NCBI GenBank assembly: GCA_964345045.1 | Contig: CAYFPM010000002.1 | Span: 36,286 to 100,285 of the forward strand | Direction of reading: 5' to 3' | DNA: 64,000 nt | From: an uncultured Gammaproteobacteria bacterium | Lineage (GTDB): Bacteria; Patescibacteriota; Patescibacteriia; Magasanikbacterales; UBA922 | In this document: positions 48,930 through 59,300 of the stretch, in pieces | Numbering within the stretch: position 1 is the stretch's first letter | Layout: each line of letters begins with the position of its first letter | Translations under genes and position numbers: made by a program | Notes under the pieces: generated by a model | Seen by the model: the letters and a program-made list of their open reading frames with translations, nothing else | Told to the model about the DNA's origin: nothing | Databases searched by the model: none

Positions 48930-49802
48930 ATGAGAAATTATCTAGATATTGTAAAAAAAGTTTTGGAGGAAGGAGTGTACAAAGTAGACCGCACTGGAAC
49001 TGGTTGCTATTCTGTAGCCGGAGTTTTGTTTGAACACAACATGGCCGACGGTTTTCCACTGCTTACTACCAAAAAGATGCCCTATAAAATTATTGCTAGC
49101 GAACTAGAATTTTTTATAAAAGGAATTACAGACAAAGAATGGCTAAAGGAAAGAAAAAACCATATCTGGGACGAATGGGCCAACCCAAAAAAAGCTCCTT
49201 ATGGGCACGACGAAGAAAGTAAGAAAAAAATGATGGAAGAAAGAGACCTAGGCCCGGTTTACGGATTCCAATGGCGTAACTTTAATGCTCCATACTACAA
49301 CTTTGACACAGATTATTCTGGCCAGGGTGTAGACCAATTTAAATACGTAGTTGAAACTCTTAAAAATAATCCTAGCGACAGACGCATGCTCGTAGTCGCC
49401 TGGAACCCGGCGATGAAAGATCAAATGGCCTTGCCGCCTTGCCACTACGCCTGGCAAGTGACTGTAACTGGTGGAAAACTAAACCTAATGTGGAACCAAA
49501 GATCAGTAGATGTTATGCTTGGACTCCCCTTTAATATTGCTAGCTACGCTACCCTACTCCACTTACTTGCCAAAGAAGCTGGTCTCGAAGAAGGTCGTTT
49601 GGTAGGATTTTTGGGGGACACCCATATTTACAAAAACCATGTAGAGGGCGCCAAAGAGCAACTAACCCGTGATCCAAACAAGCACAAATTACCAAAGCTG
49701 GTTACAGAAAACTTTACTTCTATTTACGATTGGACTTATACCGATAGTAAAGTCACTGATTACGAAAGTTACCCAAGAATTAAATTTGATATTGCAGTGT
49801 AG
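48930..49802 (+). CDS. thyA: thymidylate synthase (ThyA)
   Basis: Active-site LPPCHYAWQV; MRNYLDIVKKVLEEG N-terminus; the ORF-track ATG at 48909 lies inside the hairpin arm. Confidence 0.9.
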   Translation: MRNYLDIVKKVLEEGVYKVDRTGTGCYSVAGVLFEHNMADGFPLLTTKKMPYKIIASELEFFIKGITDKEWLKERKNHIWDEWANPKKAPYGHDEESKKKMMEERDLGPVYGFQWRNFNAPYYNFDTDYSGQGVDQFKYVVETLKNNPSDRRMLVVAWNPAMKDQMALPPCHYAWQVTVTGGKLNLMWNQRSVDVMLGLPFNIASYATLLHLLAKEAGLEEGRLVGFLGDTHIYKNHVEGAKEQLTRDPNKHKLPKLVTENFTSIYDWTYTDSKVTDYESYPRIKFDIAV

Positions 49803-49861
49803 ATGGTTCATAGCCAATCGCCAATAGTTAATAGTTTATAATTTATATTTAAGGGGGAATT

Positions 49862-50215
49862 ATGAAAACATATAAAGATCTTGATGTGTGGAAAAAGTCC
49901 ATAGAACTAGTTATAGAACTGTATAGGATTACAAAACTATTGCCCATTGAAGAAAAGTTTGGGCTGGTATCACAAATGCGGCGTTGTACTGTATCGATCC
50001 CCTCAAACATTGCAGAAGGTTATGCTAGAAAAAATAGAAAAGAAAACGCCCAATTTGTAAATATTGCATTCGGTTCTGGTACAGAATTGGAAACCCAAAT
50101 AATTATTGTAAAAAAGTTAAATCTAATAAAACAAGAAGAATTTACAAAAGCAGATCAATTATTGGACAGTGTATTACGAATGCTTTATAGGTATCGTGAA
50201 TCACTTTACCAATAA
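49862..50215 (+). CDS. four-helix-bundle protein (23S rRNA intervening-sequence protein family)
   Basis: Motifs DLDVWKKS...SIPSNIAEGYAR; strong SD aggggg; flanked by roughly 25-30 bp inverted repeats. Confidence 0.8.
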   Translation: MKTYKDLDVWKKSIELVIELYRITKLLPIEEKFGLVSQMRRCTVSIPSNIAEGYARKNRKENAQFVNIAFGSGTELETQIIIVKKLNLIKQEEFTKADQLLDSVLRMLYRYRESLYQ

Positions 50216-50239
50216 ACGATTGGCTATGAACTATTGGCT

Positions 50240-50719
50240 ATGCACCAAATATCTCTAGTTGCCGCAATTTCCAAAAACAACTGTATTGGCAAAGACAATA
50301 CCCTGCCTTGGGATATCCCGGCAGATATGAAAAGGGTAAAAGAATTAACCATTGGTAGAAATGTAATCATGGGACGCAAAACTTGGGAATCAATCCCAGA
50401 AAAATTCCGTCCATTACCAAAAAGAAAAAATATTATTATTACCCGAAACAATAATTTGGAAGTGCCAGAAGGAGTAGAAGTTTATAATAGTATCGAAGAA
50501 GCCATTGAAAGGCATAAAGGTGAAGAGATTGTTGGTTTTGGAGGTCAAAGAATTTTTGAAGAAATGATGCCAATAGCCGATGTGCTCTACATTACCCACG
50601 TCGATCAAGAAGTAGACGAGTGCCAAGCTTATTTCCCAGAGATAGATCAAAAAATTTGGCAAGAAACAGAAAGAGAAGATTTCGATGGCTATTCGTTTGT
50701 AACTTATAAAAAAACCTAG
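50240..50719 (+). CDS. folA: dihydrofolate reductase
   Basis: Region ISLVAAISKNNCIGKDNTLPW...GRKTWESIP; the ORF-track start at 50234 is TTG, and the ATG at 50240 is more likely. Confidence 0.9.
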   Translation: MHQISLVAAISKNNCIGKDNTLPWDIPADMKRVKELTIGRNVIMGRKTWESIPEKFRPLPKRKNIIITRNNNLEVPEGVEVYNSIEEAIERHKGEEIVGFGGQRIFEEMMPIADVLYITHVDQEVDECQAYFPEIDQKIWQETEREDFDGYSFVTYKKT

Positions 50720-50798
50720 TCATCCTGAGCGAAACGCAGTGGAGCCGAAGGATCCCAGTGGGAGTCCGAAGAGATCCTTCGCTCAGCTCAGGATGACT
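50718..50798. repeat. GTCAT-family palindromic element with 16-bp terminal inverted repeats
   Basis: agtcatcctgagcgaa ... ttcgctcagctcaggatgact with an inner gaaggatc/gatccttc hairpin; overlaps the folA stop codon. Confidence 0.7.
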
Positions 50799-50810
50799 TT
50801 CTCATAAACT

Positions 50811-51524
50811 ATGGACTACAAAGGCAAATTCATAATGATAGAAGGCACAGATGGATCGGGCAAAAGCCTACAGACCAGTCTTCTTTTGGATAGATTAAAA
50901 AAAGAAGGCCAAGAAGTAGAGCAAATTAGCTTTCCCCAGTATGGAGAGCCTAGCGCTGCTATGGTAGAACTTTATCTAAATGGTAAATTTGGAGAAGCTG
51001 AAGATGTTACTCCTTATCAAAGTTCTATTTTTTATGCAGTCGACAGATATGCCGGAGCAAAAAAAATTACAAACTGGCTTGAAGAAGGCAAGACAGTAAT
51101 TGCCAACCGATATGTAGCTTCGAACATGGGACACCAAGGTGGCAAAATAAAAGATGAAAAAGCCAGAGAAGAATATTTCAAATGGAACTACGATTTGGAA
51201 TATAATATTTTTAAAATTCCCAAACCAGAACTCAACATAATCTTGCACGTAAGCCCAGAAATGTCGCAAAAACTAGTGGATCAAAAAGATGAAAGAGCTT
51301 ATCTAAATGGCAAAAAAAGAGACATTCATGAAGATGATATTAATCATCTAAAGGATGCCGAAGCTGCTTATCTACATATAGCCAAAATATACCCAGAATT
51401 CAAAGTAATAGAATGTATGAAAGGTACAGAAATAGAAACTCCAGAAGAAATTCACGAAAAAATCTGGCAAGAAGTAGAAAAAATACTCGAGGGGTGGTAT
51501 AATCTAGCTAATTCAAACTCATAA
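50811..51524 (+). CDS. tmk: thymidylate kinase
   Basis: P-loop EGTDGSGKS and an extended C-terminus. Confidence 0.85.
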   Translation: MDYKGKFIMIEGTDGSGKSLQTSLLLDRLKKEGQEVEQISFPQYGEPSAAMVELYLNGKFGEAEDVTPYQSSIFYAVDRYAGAKKITNWLEEGKTVIANRYVASNMGHQGGKIKDEKAREEYFKWNYDLEYNIFKIPKPELNIILHVSPEMSQKLVDQKDERAYLNGKKRDIHEDDINHLKDAEAAYLHIAKIYPEFKVIECMKGTEIETPEEIHEKIWQEVEKILEGWYNLANSNS

Positions 51525-51554
51525 ATCAAAAATTTTAATTCTAAAATCAATAAT

Positions 51555-52325
51555 ATGCTGATTTCAGCTTGGGATCTGGTTATCGCCAGCAAAAACTTGT
51601 ATATAAAACACTACAAGTTATTTTTGCAATACACTATATTGCTATACATACCGTCTATAATTGTGACAGGACTTTCTTATCTAATTACAGGACCAACAGG
51701 AACCAACAACGTTAGTCTACTTACATTTATAATTCCGTTTTTATTCTTACTGGCAGCCCTGTTTAGCTTTTGGGTTACCATTGCTTTTATCCGAGTAATT
51801 GCTGCTAGCTACATGGGTAGACCCATGAAATCTATAAAAGAAGAATTACTCGATGCCAAAAATTATTTATGGCCAGCTATCTTTGCTTCTATCCTCTCTG
51901 GTCTAGCAGTACTTGGAGGCTTTATCTTGCTTATTATCCCTGGTATTATTTTTTCTATTTGGTTTGCTTTTGTAGTTTATTCTGTAATTATGGATGGTCA
52001 CAGAGGCGTAGAATCTCTTCGCTATAGCAAGGGTTTGGTAAAAGGCAGATGGTTTGAAGTTTTCTGGAGATTGCTCTTGCCAGGATTAGTTTATTTTGTA
52101 ATCGCTGCTGTTATTCAAGTACCTTTCGATTACCTAGCCAATGCTTCTAATTCTCCTATAGTAGTAATTATTTCTGTAGTTATCTCTACTCTAGTTTCAC
52201 TATTGCTTACTCCTTTTATTACCGGAGCACAAACCATTCTTTACGAAGAACTTAAAAAAGTTCCTGTAGAAACCCAAAACCCAACTCCAAAAGAAACTGA
52301 ATCTGTTGAGCCGCCAAAAAAATAA
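51555..52325 (+). CDS. hypothetical polytopic membrane protein
   Basis: 256 aa with about 6 TM helices. Confidence 0.55.
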   Translation: MLISAWDLVIASKNLYIKHYKLFLQYTILLYIPSIIVTGLSYLITGPTGTNNVSLLTFIIPFLFLLAALFSFWVTIAFIRVIAASYMGRPMKSIKEELLDAKNYLWPAIFASILSGLAVLGGFILLIIPGIIFSIWFAFVVYSVIMDGHRGVESLRYSKGLVKGRWFEVFWRLLLPGLVYFVIAAVIQVPFDYLANASNSPIVVIISVVISTLVSLLLTPFITGAQTILYEELKKVPVETQNPTPKETESVEPPKK

Positions 52326-52349
52326 ATATAAAATTTTTGTAAAAATACC

Positions 52350-52378
52350 AAAGCCCCGGCCAAAAGCCGGGTCTTTTC
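52350..52378 (+). terminator. intrinsic terminator
   Basis: gccccggcc-aaaa-gccgggtcttttc. Confidence 0.6.
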
Positions 52379-52417
52379 AATGTACCGACGACGTGATAAT
52401 CTAACCTGTGAATAAAC

Positions 52418-52480
52418 AATAAGCAGATTAGGCAGAATAAGCAGTTTTTGCTTAATTCTTACTCTGCCTAATCTGCTTAC
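52418..52480. repeat. AAGCAGATTAGGCAG palindromic repeat, copy 3
   Basis: aagcagattaggcag pairs perfectly (15 bp) with ctgcctaatctgctt; 16 nt upstream of gatB. Confidence 0.7.
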
Positions 52481-52495
52481 TACTTACAAAAAGCT

Positions 52496-54040
52496 ATGTC
52501 TAAATACACCCCCATAATCGGCATGGAAGTGCATGTAGAACTGAAGACCAACTCCAAGATGTTTTGTAGTTGCAAAAATGATCCAGATACCAAAGAGCCA
52601 AACAAAAATATTTGTGAAATTTGCTTGGGTCACCCTGGTACTCTGCCCGTGCCAAATAGACGAGCTATAGAGTGGACGGTACTTATTGGCAAAGCACTGG
52701 GTTGCCAAATTCGAGAACTTTCCAAATTTGATCGCAAACACTACTTTTATCCAGACCTACCAAAAGGTTACCAAGTTTCCCAATACGACGAACCAATTGC
52801 CGAAGGCGGTGAGATTACTTTATTTCTACCACTGGCCGAAAACCCCAGAGACGTAGCCAAAATTGGCATAACCAGAGCTCATCTAGAAGAAGACACTGCC
52901 AAACTACTTCACGATACCGATGGTAGCACCCTAGTAGATTTTAATAGAGCTAGCACTCCCCTAGTAGAAATTGTGACGGATCCAGATTTTATGTCGGCTC
53001 TAGAAGCCAAGACTTATTGCCAAGAGCTGCAACGGATTATGCGTTACCTAGAAGTAAGTGACGCCGATATGGAAAAAGGTCACATGCGTTGCGAAGCCAA
53101 TGTGTCTTTGCAAGAAACTGGCAAATTTGAAATTGTCGATGGTGTGGTCAAACCACTTGGGGACTACAAATTAAACAACAAAGTAGAAGTCAAAAATATC
53201 AATTCTTTCAAAGCTGTAGAAAAAGCGATCCAGTTTGAAATTGATAGACAAACCAAAATGTTGGAAGAAGGCAAAGATTGGCTGCAACAAACCAGAGGTT
53301 GGGATGAGAATAAAAGTGAAACTGTAATGCAAAGAACCAAAGAAAACGCTAGTGATTACCGTTATTTTCCAGAACCAGATATTCCTCCTTTTCATCCGCT
53401 CAAATTAGAAATCCCTAGTTTGCCAGAATTACCCATTAAAAAAAGAATAAGATTTCACGAAGAATATGGTTTTTCTTATTCCGATGCCAGGCTACTTACA
53501 GACAACAAAGTTTGGGCTGGTTTTACCGAAGAAGTAATGAGTGAACTAATTGACTGGCTCTACAACTTGCCAGAAGTAAAGGGAGATAGTGACGAGATAA
53601 GAGAAGAAAAGAAAAACAAAATCGCCAAGCTAGCTGGCGGCTGGCTTACTAGCAAGCTAATGGGAGCACTTTCCGAAAGAAACATGGACATAAAAAATCT
53701 TAATCTTAGTGCCGAAAACTTGGCCGAGCTAATCGCTCTTGTTTATACAGACAGAGTTAACTCTACCAACGCTCTAAAAATCTTAAACGAAATGATTGAT
53801 TCGGATGTTGACCTAGACCCTACCCACATTATGGAAGAAAAAGGTTATGGCCAGATCAAGGATACCGAAGCGATTGGCAAACTGGTAGAGGATGTTATAG
53901 AGAGTTACCCCAAGCAAGTAGAAGAATTCCGCGCTGGCAAAGAACCTATTATTAAATTTTTAATTGGCATGGTCATGAAAGCTAGTGAAGGGTCTGCGGA
54001 TCCGGGAATGGTGGAAAAATTGTTGCGAGAGCAATTATAA
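52496..54040 (+). CDS. gatB: Asp-tRNA(Asn)/Glu-tRNA(Gln) amidotransferase subunit B
   Basis: N-terminus MSKYTPIIGMEVHVELKTNSKMFCSC with GatB-type N- and C-terminal domains. Confidence 0.9.
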   Translation: MSKYTPIIGMEVHVELKTNSKMFCSCKNDPDTKEPNKNICEICLGHPGTLPVPNRRAIEWTVLIGKALGCQIRELSKFDRKHYFYPDLPKGYQVSQYDEPIAEGGEITLFLPLAENPRDVAKIGITRAHLEEDTAKLLHDTDGSTLVDFNRASTPLVEIVTDPDFMSALEAKTYCQELQRIMRYLEVSDADMEKGHMRCEANVSLQETGKFEIVDGVVKPLGDYKLNNKVEVKNINSFKAVEKAIQFEIDRQTKMLEEGKDWLQQTRGWDENKSETVMQRTKENASDYRYFPEPDIPPFHPLKLEIPSLPELPIKKRIRFHEEYGFSYSDARLLTDNKVWAGFTEEVMSELIDWLYNLPEVKGDSDEIREEKKNKIAKLAGGWLTSKLMGALSERNMDIKNLNLSAENLAELIALVYTDRVNSTNALKILNEMIDSDVDLDPTHIMEEKGYGQIKDTEAIGKLVEDVIESYPKQVEEFRAGKEPIIKFLIGMVMKASEGSADPGMVEKLLREQL

Positions 54041-54056
54041 ATAATTTAAAGAAACT

Positions 54057-54084
54057 AAAAGCCTTGACAAAAGGCTTTTTTGTT
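54057..54084 (+). terminator. intrinsic terminator after gatB
   Basis: aaaagcctt-gacaa-aaggcttttttg. Confidence 0.7.
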
Positions 54085-54121
54085 TGTATAAAATAGCAGT
54101 CAAAAACCTTGAGGAGGTCCG

Positions 54122-55033
54122 ATGACACACATAATTTTGACCGTAGTCGGGTACCTTGGCCTAAACCTAGCGATATGGTTGTCGCTGGGTGAAGGTGGCC
54201 TGGTCATGATCGCTTTTAGCAACATGCTGGGGGCACTAATCACTTTCATCCGCTTCCGAACGGAGGTGGATTCTCAGCAAAGAGAAATCAAGTGGCTGCC
54301 AGCCCTTAGTGGCTCGCTCGGTATTTTGCTCATAGTGTACGGGCTGCGTTCTTCGCACGCCCACCTGCCAGTAAGCCTATCGATAGAGGCAGTCTACAAC
54401 ACCTTTGCTACCCTAACCTGGCCAATGTTTGTGTTCTTGCACTGGGTGGCTCCAAAGCACTTTTCCGATCGACCCAATACCCTCGATATCTTCTGCCACG
54501 TGCTTATGTTCGGCATGGTAGTCCTAAGGTTTGCAACCTACAGCGGGTTCGAACCTTCCGAAAACATCTGGGTGGTTTTTATCCCAGTGTGTGGCTACAT
54601 GCTGTTCAACATCAGTATCAAGCTGTCGGGTGGGCACCGCATGACCAACATTGCAATGAACATCGGTGGTGGTGTCCTGTTACTCCTAATGGCCGGCAAG
54701 ACTGGCGAGCTAAGAGCCTCGAGCTTTACGCCTCAGTACGTAGCCGCCCTCACAATAGGTGCACTTAGCATCTACACGGTGGTGAGTCGCCTAGGAGCAA
54801 GCTACAAGCACTTCATCGGTCGAGGACAAGCCTCTCTGGTCGCCCCGCTGGTCTACGACGGTATCCTAGTGGCATCTCCAGCTATTATGTATTTCACCGA
54901 CGAAGCCCAACACTTCACCCGGTGGACAATTGTAGTGGCTCTTGGCATGCTGGTCATAACGGCGATTCGCTATTTTGGCCACCAGCGTAGTCTAGTAAGC
55001 AGCGCCGCAGCCAAACCTCAAGAAGAGACATAA
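54122..55033 (+). CDS. hypothetical polytopic membrane protein on a GC-rich island
   Basis: GC about 55%; SD gaggagg 5 nt upstream; about 8 TM helices. Confidence 0.55.
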   Translation: MTHIILTVVGYLGLNLAIWLSLGEGGLVMIAFSNMLGALITFIRFRTEVDSQQREIKWLPALSGSLGILLIVYGLRSSHAHLPVSLSIEAVYNTFATLTWPMFVFLHWVAPKHFSDRPNTLDIFCHVLMFGMVVLRFATYSGFEPSENIWVVFIPVCGYMLFNISIKLSGGHRMTNIAMNIGGGVLLLLMAGKTGELRASSFTPQYVAALTIGALSIYTVVSRLGASYKHFIGRGQASLVAPLVYDGILVASPAIMYFTDEAQHFTRWTIVVALGMLVITAIRYFGHQRSLVSSAAAKPQEET

Positions 55034-55214
55034 TCCCCACCCGCTTCGCGCTTGGTGGGTTCATTCATTTTTATAGACAAATTATAATTTGCCAACCCAA
55101 ATCCTCTGTGTTAAAATAATTCTCGATATGAATAAAAAAATCGCAGAAAAAGACATGGAGACAAATAATCAAAGCCAATGGCCACTCTGATAGGAGTGGT
55201 CTTTTTTTAAAAAT

Positions 55215-56273
55215 ATGAAAGACTCTCAACTAATCCTAAAAAATGGAATTACCTTCCGAGGCTACTCCCCTCTTTGGCAAAAAGACTTCTACCCAGGCGA
55301 GGTTGTGTTTACTACTGGCATGACTGGTTATGTAGAGTCTCTTACCGATCCGTCGTACGCCGGCCAAATCCTTACCTTTACCTACCCCCTAATTGGCAAC
55401 TACGGCGTACCAAGTAAAACAAAGTGGGAATCAAAAAAAATCCATGCTCGTGGAGTGATAATAAGCGAAACTACCGATAACTGGAGCCACAGCGCTGCCA
55501 AGTTGTCTTTTTTGGAATGGCTAAAAGAACAAAGTGTACCAATAATAACAGGGGTAGACACCAGAGAATTAACAAAATTGCTCCGAGATCACGGCGTGAT
55601 GCTCGGAGGTATTGATAGTTCTCTGTCATTGCGAGGAGCGGAGCGACGTGGCAATCTCATTGATCCGAACAAAACCAATTTAGTCGCCGAAGTCTCGATC
55701 AAAAAAACCAAAATTTATGGCAAAGGTAAAAAAACTTTGATCGCTGTAGACTGTGGCATGAAAGAAAATATTATTCGTGATTTACAAAAATTTAAGTGGA
55801 CCATAAAGCGTGTACCTTTTGATTATGATTACACCAATGAAAAATACGATGCCGTGTTTGTTTCCAATGGACCAGGTGACCCAAAGATGGCCAAAACCAC
55901 TATAGAAATTTTGAAAAAAGCAATGGCATCCAAAAAACCAATTTTTGGAATTTGCCTAGGCTCACAAATTATAGGGCTAGCGGCTGGAGCCAAAACCTAC
56001 AAACTTCCCTATGGTCACCGAGGCCAAAACCAACCATGCCAAAGTAGCCAAGATGAAACTTGTCTAATAACTAGCCAAAATCATGGCTATGCCATAAAAG
56101 AAAGTACTTTGCCAAAAGGTTGGTATGTTAATTTTAAAAATTTAAACGATAATTCTGTAGAAGGAATTGCCCACAAAAAATTGCCGTTTTTCTCAGTCCA
56201 GTTTCATCCAGAAGCTGCTCCAGGCCCTACCGATGCTAGCAATTTGTTTGAACAGTTTTATGATTTAGTCTAA
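55215..56273 (+). CDS. carA: carbamoyl-phosphate synthase small subunit
   Basis: N-terminal CPSase small-chain domain plus a class-I GATase domain (GICLG, FHPEA). Confidence 0.9.
   Translation: MKDSQLILKNGITFRGYSPLWQKDFYPGEVVFTTGMTGYVESLTDPSYAGQILTFTYPLIGNYGVPSKTKWESKKIHARGVIISETTDNWSHSAAKLSFLEWLKEQSVPIITGVDTRELTKLLRDHGVMLGGIDSSLSLRGAERRGNLIDPNKTNLVAEVSIKKTKIYGKGKKTLIAVDCGMKENIIRDLQKFKWTIKRVPFDYDYTNEKYDAVFVSNGPGDPKMAKTTIEILKKAMASKKPIFGICLGSQIIGLAAGAKTYKLPYGHRGQNQPCQSSQDETCLITSQNHGYAIKESTLPKGWYVNFKNLNDNSVEGIAHKKLPFFSVQFHPEAAPGPTDASNLFEQFYDLV
55623..55658 (+). repeat. in-frame copy of a GTCATTGCGAG-family half-element inside carA
   Basis: ctgtcattgcgagg-agcggagcgacgtg-gcaatctc versus the intergenic ctgtcattgcgagg-gaacgatagcgaccgtc-gcaatctc at 37567. 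Confidence 0.35.
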
Positions 56274-56279
56274 TTTTTA

Positions 56280-56367
56280 AGTCATCCTGAGCGAAGTGAA
56301 GGATCCCAGTTAAAGTAAGAGATTCTTCGACTTCACTCTGCGTTGCTCCGTTTCGCTCAGAATGACT
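56280..56367. repeat. GTCAT-family palindromic element between carA and carB
   Basis: agtcatcctgagcgaa ... ttcgctcagaatgact; its terminal atgact supplies the spurious ATG at 56362. Confidence 0.7.
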
Positions 56368-56385
56368 AAATACTCCGCAAAACCT

Positions 56386-59300
56386 ATGAATAAAGCACAA
56401 ACAATCAAAAAAGTCCTTATCCTTGGCTCTGGTGGCTTGCGTATTGGCCAGGCAGGAGAGTTTGACTACTCTGGTTCTCAAGCTATCAAAGCCTTGAAAG
56501 AAGAAGGTATTTTTACAATTTTGGTAAACCCAAATATTGCTACTGTGCAAACAGATAATTCTATGGCCGATCAAGTTTATTTGCAACCACTGAACGTAAG
56601 TACCATAGAAAAAATAATTAAAAAAGAAAAACCAGATTCTCTACTTCTTAGTTTTGGTGGTCAAACTGCTCTTAACTTAGGACTAAAATTGGATGAACTA
56701 GGCATTTTGAAAAAGTATAATGTAAAAATATTGGGGACTCCGGTAAGAACTATCAAAATCACCGAAGACCGTGAACTTTTTAAAAACTCTCTGGATGAAA
56801 TAAGCGTAAAAACTGCCAAAAGTATTGCTGTAACCAAAGTAACCGATGCTATAAAAGCTGCCAAAAAAATTGGCTACCCCGTTATGATGCGATCGGGTTA
56901 TTCACTTGGTGGATTGGGTTCTGGCATGGTCAAAAACGAAAATGAACTAAAAGAAAAAGCTACCGAAGCTTTGCATGCTGCTCCCCAAATTTTAATCGAA
57001 GAATATCTTGGTGGCTGGAAAGAGGTTGAGTACGAAATTGTAAGAGACTCGGCCGACAATACTATTACCGTATGCAACATGGAAAATTTTGATCCCATGG
57101 GTATTCATACCGGAGAAAGTATTGTAATAGCCCCAAGTCAGACTCTAAATAACCAAGAATACCACCTGCTTCGCGAAGTCGCTATTAAAACTGCCAGACA
57201 CATTGGCATAGTTGGCGAGTGCAATATCCAATACGCTCTTAACCCCAAAAATGGAGATTATAGAGTAATCGAAATTAACGCCAGGCTATCTCGTTCTAGT
57301 GCTTTGGCTAGTAAAGCTACTGGCTACCCTCTAGCTTTTGTCGCAGCCAAGCTGTCTCTGGGAATAAAGCTAAACGAAATCAAAAATGCCGTTACAAAAA
57401 AAACCTCGGCTTTTTTTGAACCAGCACTCGACTACTTGGTAGTAAAAATCCCTCGTTGGGATACAAACAAATTGAAAGAAGCCGATCGCAAAATTGGTTC
57501 GGAGATGAAAAGTGTGGGTGAAGTAATGGCTATTGGGAGATCTTTCCCAGAAGCTTTGCAAAAAGCGGTGCGCATGCTAAACATTGGGGTTTATGGCCTA
57601 GGGGATTACCCCTATAAAATAAAAAATTTAGAAGAAGAAATAGAATTTGCCACCGACCGTAGACTCTTTGCCCTTTATAAATTCTTTTTGAAAAACGGAT
57701 CAGTAGAAAAAGCTCATGAACTTTCCAAAATAGACAACTGGTTTTTGAGTCATTTGCAAACTATAGCCAAAGCTGAAAAAAAATTTAAAAAAGAAAAAAA
57801 GCTGACCAAAGAAACTTTGCTAGCAGCCAAAAAACTAGGCTTTTCGGACAAATACACTGCTGACAGAAGAAATGAAAGACAAGAAAATATTCGCAAATTT
57901 AGAATTAAAAATAAAATAGTACCGGTAGTAAAACAAATAGATACTTTGTCCGGAGAATTTCCAGCCGAAACCAATTATCTTTACCTCACTTACCATGGTA
58001 CAGAAAATGATTTGAAAAAATCTAAACAAAAACCAATTATTGTGCTTGGTTCTGGCCCCTATTGTATTGGCTCTTCGGTAGAATTTGACTGGTGTGCAGT
58101 AAATACAGCCAGAGAACTAAGAAAGCAAGGCAAATCTGCAATTATAATTAATTCTAATCCAGAAACTGTTTCTACAGATTACGATGAATCAGATAGATTA
58201 TATTTTGAAGAACTTACTCTAGAGCGCGTGCGCGACATTTATGATTTTGAAAATAGCCAAGGTTTGATTGTGTCTGTTGGTGGACAAATCGCCAACAACT
58301 TGGCACTACTGCTCGAAAAGAAAAATTACAATATTCTTGGCACCGCTGCCAAGGATATTGATAGAGCCGAAAACCGCCAGGTCTTTTCTGCACTTTTGAA
58401 TAAACTAGAAGTTGATCAACCTGCTTGGAGAGAAGTTGGAAATATTGCAGAAGCAGAAGATTTTGCAGACAAAGTTGGTTACCCGGTTTTGGTGCGCCCA
58501 TCTTATGTATTGTCTGGAGCCGCTATGAATGTAATAAAAGATGAAATGGAAATGGAAAAATACTTGGGTGACGCCGCTATAGTCTCACCAGATCACCCGG
58601 TGGTAGTCTCCAAATTTATAAAAAATGCCAAAGAGCTAGAGGTGGACGGCGTTGCCAAAAATGGTGAAATAATTATTTATGCTATTTCTGAACATGTAGA
58701 AAATGCTGGCGTGCACTCTGGAGATGCTACCATAGTTCTCCCGCCACAAAGACTTTATTTGGAAACTATTAGAAAAGCCAAAAATATTAGCAAAGAAATT
58801 GTAAAAAATTTAAATATTACCGGTCCGTTCAACATTCAATTTTTGGCCAAAAATAATTGGCTCAAAGTAATTGAATGCAACTTGCGCGCCTCTCGCTCTT
58901 TCCCTTTTGTCTCAAAGGTTACTGGCCATAACTTTATAAAAATATCTACTCAAATACTTCTTAATAAATACAAAAAAGAAGAATACCAAACTCTAGATCT
59001 AGACTATGTAGGCGTAAAAACTCCGCAGTTTTCGTACAGCCGACTAAAAGGAGCCAACCCAGTGGCTCATGTAGAGATGGCCTCTACTGGCGAAGTGGCA
59101 GTGATTGCCGACAATTACCTAGAAGCTTTTTACACCTCTTGGTTGGCTACAGAACAAGAGATCAAGGGCAAGAAGATACTCTTGAGCATTGGCGACGAAA
59201 ATAAGGCCAAGTTGCTAGAGCAAATTGAAAAACTTGACGAGCAAGGCTGGGAGATTTACTCTACAGAGAATACTCATAGGTACTTGGCCGAACGGGGCAT

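Noticed and set aside
56362-56385. carB start at ATG 56362
   Set aside because: That ATG is part of the terminal inverted repeat (atgact) of the GTCAT element. The CarB N-terminus aligns from MNKAQTIKKVLILGSG at 56386.
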